Part shown: piece by piece, positions 8,101-14,844 of the stretch
Position numbering within the stretch: position 1 is the first letter of the stretch
How the letters are laid out: each line of letters starts with the position of its first letter
Source: Candidatus Woesearchaeota archaeon
GTDB lineage: Archaea > Nanobdellota > Nanobdellia > SCGC-AAA011-G17 > GW2011-AR20
Length of the DNA stretch: 42,586 nt
Direction of reading: 5' to 3'
Assembly: GCA_018303025.1 (NCBI GenBank)
Contig: JAGVYZ010000019.1
Span: forward strand, 1 to 42,586
The notes under the pieces: model-generated
Told to the model about the DNA's origin: nothing
The model's database searches: none
The model's input: only the letters and a program-made list of their open reading frames with translations
Position numbers and translations under genes: made by a program

Positions 8101-9105
8101 TTTTCTTAATCTTTCTTCTAGGTTTAATCTTAATTCTTTTGATAATGAACCATGATGAGCTCCTATGTTTTCTGTGTATTTTTTTGGATATTTTTCTTTT
8201 AAGTGATGAACTACTCGCTCTGTTGCTGCTCTTGTATTGGTAAATATTAATGTTGTTTTATGGTCCTGGATTAATGAATCTATTAAAGTGTATAATTTTG
8301 AATGCATGTCATCATAAGAAATATTGATTAAATCATCTACTGGACACATTACTTTTAAGTCCATTTTTTTTAAAAACTGGACATCTATTATTTTACAGTC
8401 ATCTTCTCCTACTAAGAACTTAGCTATTTCATCTAAAGGTGAAATAGTAGCTGATAAACCAATTGTGACTGGCTTGTTATTTGCAAAATATCTTAATCTT
8501 TCTATGCTTAGATTTAAATGAACTCCTCTTTTGTTTTCTGCTAATGCATGAACTTCATCTACTATTAGATATTTTACATCTTTTAGCAATTCTCTGAATT
8601 TAATTGAAGTTATTGCTATTGCAAAGCTTTCTGGTGTACAGATTAAAATATGAGGAGCGTGCTTTAACATTTGTGATTTTTCAGAAGCTGTTGTATCTGA
8701 TGTTCTTACACCTACTTTTATGTTTAATTTTTGCTTTGAAATTGCTTCTATTTCTTTTAATGGCTGAATTAAATTTATGCTAATATCATTTGATAATGCT
8801 TTTAATGGTGAAATGTAAATACAATATACTTTGTTTTCTAAAAAATTACCTTGAGATAGATTTGTTAATTCATTTAAGATTGAAAGAAAAGCTGTTAATG
8901 TTTTACCTGAACCTGTAGGAGAACTAACTAGAACATTTTTTTGATTATGAATTAAAGGGATAGCGTATTTCTGAGGTTCTGAAAAGTTCTTGAATTTTTT
9001 AGTAAACCATTCTTTTATAGTTGGGTTTAGTATTTTGAATATTTCTTCTTCTTTGAATGGTTTTTCTTGGTAGGTTATCATTTGTAAGGGTTTAACACCC
9101 TTCAC
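5134..9105 (-). CDS. lhr: Lhr-type ATP-dependent helicase (superfamily 2) carrying an intein
   Basis: Motifs present: Walker A SSPTGSGKT, DEVH box, SAT, and motif VI split as ALQR / CGRAGH. A long C-terminal Lhr-type domain follows. The protein is 866 aa once the intein is removed. The track start is a GTG; the ATG at 9081 (MITYQEKPF) is more likely. Confidence 0.9.
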   Translation of the reverse strand: MKGVKPLQMITYQEKPFKEEEIFKILNPTIKEWFTKKFKNFSEPQKYAIPLIHNQKNVLVSSPTGSGKTLTAFLSILNELTNLSQGNFLENKVYCIYISPLKALSNDISINLIQPLKEIEAISKQKLNIKVGVRTSDTTASEKSQMLKHAPHILICTPESFAIAITSIKFRELLKDVKYLIVDEVHALAENKRGVHLNLSIERLRYFANNKPVTIGLSATISPLDEIAKFLVGEDDCKIIDVQFLKKMDLKVMCPVDDLINISYDDMHSKLYTLIDSLIQDHKTTLIFTNTRAATERVVHHLKEKYPKKYTENIGAHHGSLSKELRLNLEERLRKGELKVVVTSTSLELGIDIGYIDLVILLGSPKSASRALQRCLPYESKLLLSDGTYKEIGEIVENKLDIEILSFDKEKGFIKNKIAEYHKNNNKELIEIKLHSGSKIRCTEEHPLFTKEGWKKTSELEEDEEVAEIFDLSIDQTPYIYEVINQKGFYVENKQDFLRNVVDQHVKSSNITYTNLAKNIGIRENHLQNYMRKNGRRKSIRLDLFLKIMEICKINKINYLTYLSELKSKSHHRVPISLKVDKDFMWLTGVVATDGSITKNKKTGELKIKIGNKDKKLLEECQKILNKFGFYPKILTTKDNFMTLDCGSKLLAEIMLSFGIKTKNKSHEVEISNNLYKLPKELIIPFIEGVIEGDGSVNSNSIRIFTSSKKFAMGLHNLLNRVGIHNYFNEQRAKISKLIQKINYDTIYCIYISRQKHILNFVNNCTLKGKKSIFLSKIIPAYLKNDKDIDLNLSWTKIESINYIKEEGYVYNITLKEEPNSFFVESILTHNCGRAGHKLHETAKGRIIVLDRDDLIECSVILKSSLDRKIDRIHIPRNCLDVLAQQIVGITCIDRINIDNLFALIKRCYCYKTLEKKDFMDVINYLTGEYTTLEDRNVYAKVWFDPETKMLGRKGKMTRVIYMTNIGTIPDESNILVKLGEQVIGTIDESFLERLKPGDVFVLGGQTYIYRYAKGQTAQVVVSVDRPPTVPSWFSEMLPLSFDLALEIGRFRKLMEGKFNAKRSKEDILKFINEYLYVDKNAGEAVYSYFREQYLFCNEVPSNTKIIIEHYNNNEDEKKIIVHSLYGRRVNDCFSRALAFAVSRIYHKDIEMGISDNGFYINAESKINIIEALKAIKSKEINEVLNKAIEKSEILKRRFRHCAVRSLMILKEYKGKKKRVGRQQVSSMLLISAIRRISEDFPILKEAKREVLEDLMDIQNLKLIIEEIEKGKIEIKEVQTQIPSPFAFNLVLQGYTDILKFEDRMKFLRNMHQLVLAKINLKK
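6613..7983 (-). mobile_element. 457-aa intein with LAGLIDADG homing endonuclease, inserted in helicase motif VI
   Basis: It begins at Cys (CLPYESKLLLSDG, codon 7981-7983) and ends THN (Asn 6613-6615), followed by the +1 Cys of CGRAGH. Block B is CTEEHP. LAGLIDADG motifs are LTGVVATDGSI and IEGVIEGDGSV. Excision restores QRCGRAGH. Confidence 0.9.
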
Positions 9106-9133
9106 GAACCCGTAAAAAATTTTTACGAACCTG
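9084..9133 (+). repeat. copy of the 5' part of tRNA-Trp intron 1
   Basis: gtaagggtttaacacccttcacgaacccgt (9084-9113) is identical to 20047-20076, and acgaacctg recurs at 9125-9133 and 20079-20087. The segment contains the hairpin AAGGGT-ttaac-ACCCTT. Confidence 0.85.
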
Positions 9134-9389
9134 CACTCTCAGTACGAACTTGGCAGGAATATGCAAAGGGCTATTTTTGTTTTTAGCAAAAAATAGAAAA
9201 AGGAAGCTTAGTGTTATAAATGTATGCTTTTGAAAACATCGGTAGTAATCACAGTAACTCTTAATTTTGCAAATACTGCATTTAGGATTTTGATTAAATA
9301 GTATATAGTCTTAAATATATATTAAAAGGTAAGGTTACAGGACAAACACCTTCTTATTCTTTATAAATTCTAAAATCTATAACTATAAG

Positions 9390-10613
9390 ATGAATCGGGA
9401 AATACATATAACTGATTTAATCCCATTTTTGAAAAATAGTCACGTTAAATTAGAATTAACTTTCTTGAAATGTTTATTGATTGATGCTTCTAAGACAGAG
9501 TTACCCCACTATAATCTTGATTTTTGTAATTATCTGGGTTGTAAAATCAATAAGAATAATAAAAAATCTTCAAATATTTATCAATGGTTAAAAGGAGAAA
9601 GAACTATTCCTTTTAAGAAATTGATAAAAATTGTTTCTTTAGCTAAAAATTATAAGTGGGATGATGTTGAAAAAAATTTAATTTCTATTAAATCAGGTAT
9701 TAAAAAAGGCGAAATATATCCCAAATTTCCATTTTATTTAGACGAAAAATTTGGATGTATAATCGGGCATATTCTGGGCGATGGTTCGATTTCAAGAACA
9801 TATGAAATTTCTTTTAATAATACTAATTCTGATTTATTAAAAGAATTTATTAATAATATGTATTTAATTTTTGGAATTTATCCAAGAATCTGGATAAAAA
9901 GGTGTAGTATAAACTTTACTGAAAAACATAAATGGGAAAAGAGAATTTATGACTTGGACAATATTCCTAAACATTATATGGCATCTTTATTTTATCCTGC
10001 AATTTGTGGAAAATTTTTACTTGGAATTTATGGCAATTTTGCTTATAGTAAATATAAAAAAATTACTAAACGAATATTTAACAGTAATAGCGAGTTTAAA
10101 CGAAGTTTAATTAGATCTTTTTATGATGATGAATCATCAGTTAATGAAAAACAGAAATTTATTCGTATTTTTCAAGATAATAAAAAACTATTATCAGACA
10201 TTAAAAAAATCTTGACAGATTTAAATATTTGTTCTAATGAAGTTAGATACTATATTAAACAAAATAAAAAAAGATATTATTTTAATATTTCAGGATATTT
10301 TATTCTTTTAGACTATTTTAACAAAATTGGATTTACTTCAAAATCAAAATCTATAAACTTAATTAGATTATTAAACAAAATATCTTCTAAACAACATTTT
10401 AGATTAAGAGTTGGTGAAATGAAAAATGTAATAATGCAATTTTTAAATACTGGACCTAAAGATACTATGTTTCTTATTTTACAATTAAGAAAGAAATATA
10501 CGTTTATGCGTTTAAATGAAGAAACTGTTAGAAAACATTTGCATAACTTACAAGATAAAGGAAAAATAGTTTCCCAAATGCAAGGTCATATTTATATCTG
10601 GAAAATTAGATAA
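9390..10613 (+). CDS. free-standing LAGLIDADG-family protein with flanking HTH-like regions
   Basis: Two LAGLIDADG motifs are present (IIGHILGDGSI and LIRSFYDDESSV). There are no Hint splicing blocks: no N-terminal Cys/Ser block and no terminal HN. The C-terminal VRKHLHNLQDKGKIV looks like a winged helix. Confidence 0.75.
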   Translation: MNREIHITDLIPFLKNSHVKLELTFLKCLLIDASKTELPHYNLDFCNYLGCKINKNNKKSSNIYQWLKGERTIPFKKLIKIVSLAKNYKWDDVEKNLISIKSGIKKGEIYPKFPFYLDEKFGCIIGHILGDGSISRTYEISFNNTNSDLLKEFINNMYLIFGIYPRIWIKRCSINFTEKHKWEKRIYDLDNIPKHYMASLFYPAICGKFLLGIYGNFAYSKYKKITKRIFNSNSEFKRSLIRSFYDDESSVNEKQKFIRIFQDNKKLLSDIKKILTDLNICSNEVRYYIKQNKKRYYFNISGYFILLDYFNKIGFTSKSKSINLIRLLNKISSKQHFRLRVGEMKNVIMQFLNTGPKDTMFLILQLRKKYTFMRLNEETVRKHLHNLQDKGKIVSQMQGHIYIWKIR

Positions 10614-11285
10614 TTATCTATGTTTATTTACCCCATTTCTTGGACAATAAGAATAAATTGGACAAACACTACACTTAGGATATAATGGCGTACATATATT
10701 TTGTCCATGAGCTACTAGTACTTTATTTATTTCTTTCCATTTATTTGAAGGGAATAAATTCATTAATGCTTTTTCTACCTTTAATGGAGTTCTTTTTTTT
10801 ACAAAACCTAATCTTATAGAAATAGTCATTACGTGTGTATCAACTGCTATTGCTGGAATATTAAAACATTCTGCTAAAATTATATTTGCCACTTTTCTTC
10901 CTACGCCTGGAATTTTGGTTAATTCTTCTAAACTTTTTGGAACTTCGCTTTTATGATATTTAATTAAATATAAGCAAGCTTGCTTTACTCTTTTTGATTT
11001 TACTTTGTAAAAACCTATTGAGTAAACTATTTTTTCTAATTGTTCTTCTTTTAACTTTACTATTTGTTCTGGAGTATCTGCTATTTCAAATAATGCTTTT
11101 GAAACTTTTTCTGTTTGCGAGTCTTTTGCTCTTGGACTTAAGATAGTTGAGATTAAAACCTTAAATGAGTTATTTGTTGTATCCTGAAAATAAGTAGAAA
11201 CAGGTTTATTGTATTTAGGATATTCTTTTTTTAATATTTCTAGGATTTTGAGTGCTTTTTCTTCCATATTATATAGATTAAACAT
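10614..11285 (-). CDS. nth: endonuclease III (HhH-GPD DNA glycosylase/lyase with a 4Fe-4S cluster)
   Basis: HhH motif LTKIPGVGRKVANIILAE, catalytic-region AVDTHV, and the C-terminal cysteine cluster CTPLYPKCSVCPIYSYC. Confidence 0.9.
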   Translation of the reverse strand: MFNLYNMEEKALKILEILKKEYPKYNKPVSTYFQDTTNNSFKVLISTILSPRAKDSQTEKVSKALFEIADTPEQIVKLKEEQLEKIVYSIGFYKVKSKRVKQACLYLIKYHKSEVPKSLEELTKIPGVGRKVANIILAECFNIPAIAVDTHVMTISIRLGFVKKRTPLKVEKALMNLFPSNKWKEINKVLVAHGQNICTPLYPKCSVCPIYSYCPRNGVNKHR

Positions 11286-11773
11286 GAGAATATTAAAACA
11301 TAATTTATTAACATGAATATTGGGTTTCCCCAGGAAATTAAACCTATATGAAAACTTGATATAGGATAGAGGAAAGGTGTTGGGAAAAATTCTTCTGAAT
11401 GACTAAAAATATCAATACTTATATGCAAGGGCCATGCTAATAGGAATAAATGGAGCTTTTTTGTTATTATGTAAACTAACAAAATAACTGCAAATGCTAT
11501 TATTAAACTATGAGTTATATTATAGGAAGCATAAACATAAGGTGGAATATTTGCTAAATGTGGTTTATTGAATACTGTTTCTTCTGAAAATAAATTTATT
11601 AGAAAAAAAGGACCGAAAGATAGCAAATCAGGCAATACTCCAAATAAAATTGCTAAAAGTTTATTTTTCTGTTTATTAAAGAGAATATAAACCCATAAGG
11701 CATGCGCGAAAATGTCCATTTTACTTGAAGATTTCTCCTGTTTCTTGGCTCCAGAACAATAAATCCAGTTCAT
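11240..11773 (-). CDS. membrane-bound metal-dependent hydrolase (DUF457/YdjM-like)
   Basis: Multi-pass hydrophobic protein with His-rich motifs (FAHALW, ITHSL, HISIDIFSH). The likely start is MDIFAH at 11719. Its 3' end overlaps the nth start. Confidence 0.55.
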   Translation of the reverse strand: MNWIYCSGAKKQEKSSSKMDIFAHALWVYILFNKQKNKLLAILFGVLPDLLSFGPFFLINLFSEETVFNKPHLANIPPYVYASYNITHSLIIAFAVILLVYIITKKLHLFLLAWPLHISIDIFSHSEEFFPTPFLYPISSFHIGLISWGNPIFMLINYVLIFSCLIYIIWKKKHSKS

Positions 11774-11818
11774 CCATGGAGATGTTTACTTTATTTGCGA
11801 AGTTTTGAAACTTATTTT

Positions 11819-12301
11819 CTATGGAATTTTGATTACTTTTAATTCTTCTAAATTCTTTAAAATATGCCTGTCTAAAATTGCTAAATTTTTGTATCCTATA
11901 TTTCTTAAAAAATGAGATGCTTCTTTATAGCCATAACCTTTTATGTTTTTTACTAGAAATTCCCTTAATTCTTTTGAATCTTTAATGTTATTTAATGCTT
12001 TTTCTATTTCTTTATAATTATTTTTTGCTTCTTTCAAATAATTTGATTTGTTATTGTGAAATCTGATTTTCTTTTCTAGAATTTTAACTGGGTTTATATC
12101 TTTATTCTTGAAATCCAGTTGCTTTAATTCTTGAATGCAGACATCTGCTCTTTTTGCACTTGATTGGGGTGTTAATAAACAAAAACATAATTCATAGAAA
12201 TAATCTTTATTATTTTCAAAATCTTTTAGTCTTGCTTTTATCTGGGATTTACTTTTTTTATAAGATTCTAAAAGTTTTTTCATTCCTTTACATGGATGCA
12301 T
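11819..12301 (-). CDS. ogg: Ogg2-type 8-oxoguanine DNA glycosylase/lyase, C-terminally truncated
   Basis: ELCFCLLTPQSSA and LVKNIKGYGYKEASHFLRNIGYKNLAILDRHILKNL match the archaeal Ogg2 (M. jannaschii type) core. The ORF stops at ...VIKIP, where characterised homologs continue for about 45 more residues. Confidence 0.7.
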   Translation of the reverse strand: MHPCKGMKKLLESYKKSKSQIKARLKDFENNKDYFYELCFCLLTPQSSAKRADVCIQELKQLDFKNKDINPVKILEKKIRFHNNKSNYLKEAKNNYKEIEKALNNIKDSKELREFLVKNIKGYGYKEASHFLRNIGYKNLAILDRHILKNLEELKVIKIP

Positions 12302-12522
12302 GAAACAGGGCAGACTGATTCAGCTTCTTTTGCTCTCTTTACTTCATTTGCTGTAATTTTTCTTGTCTCTAAAATGCCCTCTTTTACTTTTGTTTGGGTT
12401 GCTTTTTGCAATTGTGCTTTCATGCTTCCATTTTCTTCTTTCATTTTAAAGAATTCAGGACAAGCTGATTCACAGGCATAACAACCAATGCATTTCCACT
12501 TTTCATGTATAATTTCTGGCAT
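12280..12522 (-). CDS. small 4Fe-4S ferredoxin
   Basis: CIGCYACESACP plus a distal CP (ESVCPVSC), the typical single-cluster ferredoxin pattern. It heads the minus-strand run ferredoxin-ogg-hydrolase-nth. Confidence 0.7.
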   Translation of the reverse strand: MPEIIHEKWKCIGCYACESACPEFFKMKEENGSMKAQLQKATQTKVKEGILETRKITANEVKRAKEAESVCPVSCIHVKE

Positions 12523-12622
12523 AAAATCTGGTTAAATATGTTATATATAACTGTTTTGGTGGGCAATACCTACTTGTTAATGCAAATATATAAATTTATA
12601 ATCTAAAAGATTATATAATCTG

Positions 12623-13111
12623 ATGAAAAAAGGCTCTATTTTTTTAATAATTGTATTTTGGTTTTTAATATTATTACTTCTGCCTTTTATAACTGTCTTA
12701 TTAAACAAAAAATTAAATTTTGCAAATTATAACTTTATTTATTTATTCTACATTGGGATTTTTATCTTAATAATGGGAATTATGCTTCTTATTTTATCCT
12801 TATATCTACTTATTAATGCTGGAAAAGGAACACCCTTGCCTTTAGACCCTCCCAAAAAATTTGTTGCATCTGGAATCTATAAATATACCAGAAATCCAAT
12901 GGTCTTAGGATATCTATTAACAGTCCTTGGAGAATATTTGCTTATCGGAAATACTTTATTGGGAATATATGTGCTATTATTATTTTTATTATTCCACCTT
13001 TATATAGTCCTTATTGAAGAACCAGAACTTGAAAAAAGATTTGGAGATAAATATTTGTTATACAAAAAAAGAGTTCCAAGATGGTTTCCCGTGCGTATAA
13101 AAACTAAATGA
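12623..13111 (+). CDS. isoprenylcysteine carboxyl methyltransferase (ICMT)/phospholipid methyltransferase family membrane protein
   Basis: GIYKYTRNPMVLGYLL ... EEPELEKRFGDKYLLYKKRVPRWFP is the family's C-terminal signature. Hydrophobic segments precede it. Confidence 0.75.
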   Translation: MKKGSIFLIIVFWFLILLLLPFITVLLNKKLNFANYNFIYLFYIGIFILIMGIMLLILSLYLLINAGKGTPLPLDPPKKFVASGIYKYTRNPMVLGYLLTVLGEYLLIGNTLLGIYVLLLFLLFHLYIVLIEEPELEKRFGDKYLLYKKRVPRWFPVRIKTK

Positions 13112-13140
13112 AAAATAGGATAACTTTGAAGCAATAATTC

Positions 13141-13203
13141 AATCTATCTTGCAGATATCAGCAAAATAAGCTTAAGAAATTAAAGAAGCAGATGTGAGCA
13201 TTT
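13141..13203 (+). repeat. ~60-nt element, inverted copy at 42421-42480
   Basis: By-eye alignment to the reverse complement of 42421-42480 shows only a few mismatches and one 3-nt indel. It contains the near-palindrome TGCAGATATCAGCA and a second GCAGATGTGAGCA. Confidence 0.8.
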
Positions 13204-13262
13204 AAAGAAATAGTGTTTTTTCTATGGAAATAGTTATTAAATGATAAAAATTTTATTTTTTC

Positions 13263-14039
13263 ATGGGAAGAAGAGTAGAAAGTCCAAGTTCAATCAATAC
13301 ATATAAACAATGCGCCAGGAAGTATTATTATCAATATGTTACTGGATTGCCATTAAAACCTAATGTTTATTTTGCAAGAGGGCATGTTGCTCATAAAGTT
13401 CTAGAGAAATTGTTTTCTTTTAATCCTAAATCTAAAGATGAATTATATGAAACTGCTCTAAGATTGTTGAAAAAATACTGGGATGAAGAAGAATTTTTTA
13501 GAAGCAACAATCATACCAGTTATTTTCAGGAGACTTCTTTAATGATTATTAACTGGCTGAATTACTTTTCTGATAAACTGGATAAATTAAACTTACCTTT
13601 TGATGAGTCTTTTGTTGTTTTGAAGCCTATTCAAATTGAGCAGAATTATTCATCTGAAACTTTTAAAGTAAAGGGATTTATTGATGTTGTTGAAAGCTTT
13701 AATGGAAAAATAAGATTAATGGATTACAAGACATCCCAGTTATCTGAAGAAATTCCTGAAGATTATAAACTGCAATTAGCTATTTATGCTTTGCTCTTTA
13801 AAGAAAACAACAATAAAAATCCTGATGAAGTTGGAATTTATTTCTTAAGAGGCGGAGAGAAAGTTTTACAGGTTAATAATGAAATGATTGAATATGCGAA
13901 AGAAGAAGTTAATAAAGTGCATAACAAAACTGATTCCAATGACATTAATGATTATGCCTTAAATATTTCTAATTTTTGCAAGAATTGTGATTTCTATCAA
14001 AATTGTTTTGGGAAAAATAAAAGTTTGGGAATGTTTTAA
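13263..14039 (+). CDS. Cas4/RecB-like PD-(D/E)XK exonuclease with a 4-Cys cluster (no CRISPR context)
   Basis: N-terminal Cys (YKQCARKYYY), nuclease motifs GFIDVV ... MDYKTS, a QxxxY motif (QLAIYALL), and C-terminal CKNCDFYQNC (C-x2-C-x5-C). Confidence 0.75.
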   Translation: MGRRVESPSSINTYKQCARKYYYQYVTGLPLKPNVYFARGHVAHKVLEKLFSFNPKSKDELYETALRLLKKYWDEEEFFRSNNHTSYFQETSLMIINWLNYFSDKLDKLNLPFDESFVVLKPIQIEQNYSSETFKVKGFIDVVESFNGKIRLMDYKTSQLSEEIPEDYKLQLAIYALLFKENNNKNPDEVGIYFLRGGEKVLQVNNEMIEYAKEEVNKVHNKTDSNDINDYALNISNFCKNCDFYQNCFGKNKSLGMF

Positions 14040-14076
14040 CCGATAATTTTAAATAAATTTTGAACTTAATGAATAA

Positions 14077-14523
14077 ATGAGAGCTTTAACTAAAACACTG
14101 ATTGCTGTAGTATTTTCTTTAGCTTCACTTAATTGCAGCAATAGTAAATCATTTAATTTTTCTGAATCTTATCTTTGGAGTGTAAGATCGTGGGTAGAAG
14201 TTAAGGGAGATAGTTGTGGAAGATATGTATTGTTTACCAAGCCCAATAATAGAGACCAAATTACTCTTTATGATAGTGCCTATGTTGATTCTAGTGATTT
14301 TCTTAGAAAAACTGATGGGAAGGTTGACAAAATTATTTATAGTATTAAGGAAAATAGCACTATTAAAGTACTTGAAGAAGATTCAAGAGACGAATTAGAG
14401 GATTGGGCTATAGACTTTGTTGATTATTTAATGAAAAAATTTGGAGCTATTGACAGGGAAAGGCATTTTAGACCTTCTTTTCGTTTGAAACCTAGAACTA
14501 ATAATTTATATATTAGAAAATAA
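14077..14523 (+). CDS. hypothetical secreted/lipoprotein-like protein
   Basis: N-terminal hydrophobic signal-like segment ending LASLNCSN. The rest is unrecognised. Confidence 0.5.
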   Translation: MRALTKTLIAVVFSLASLNCSNSKSFNFSESYLWSVRSWVEVKGDSCGRYVLFTKPNNRDQITLYDSAYVDSSDFLRKTDGKVDKIIYSIKENSTIKVLEEDSRDELEDWAIDFVDYLMKKFGAIDRERHFRPSFRLKPRTNNLYIRK

Positions 14524-14533
14524 TTGTTTTTTC

Positions 14534-14842
14534 ATGGTTAAAGACCAAAAAAACAAAATAAAGGAAAATGCTCTGGAAAGAGTTTATGACTTGTTTAAAG
14601 AAGCTAAATCTGTTTTTAATGATGATAAAGAACTTTCTAAAAAATATGTTAAATTAGCAAGAAAAATTGCTATGAGGGTTAATTTAAGATTATCTAGAGA
14701 AATTAAAGTTCAGTTTTGCAGAAACTGCAATGCCTATCAGATGCCTGGAAAAAATTGCAGGATAAGAACTAAAAATAAGAAAGTTGTTTATTACTGCTTG
14801 GAGTGCAAACATTTCAGAAGGTATTTAATTAAGAAAAAATGA
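14534..14842 (+). CDS. rnp4: RNase P protein component 4 (Rpr2/RPP21 family)
   Basis: Helical N-terminus (YVKLARKIAMRVNLRL) followed by the zinc ribbon CRNC...CLEC, as in archaeal Rnp4. Confidence 0.75.
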   Translation: MVKDQKNKIKENALERVYDLFKEAKSVFNDDKELSKKYVKLARKIAMRVNLRLSREIKVQFCRNCNAYQMPGKNCRIRTKNKKVVYYCLECKHFRRYLIKKK

Positions 14843-14844
14843 AA

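Noticed and set aside
5244-8521. Plus-strand ORFs inside the Lhr gene (5244-5747, 5970-6158, 7998-8243, 8324-8521)
   Set aside because: They are antisense to a gene with unmistakable helicase and intein motifs. Their products are Leu/Phe-rich low-complexity strings, typical of the reverse strand of A/G-rich coding DNA.
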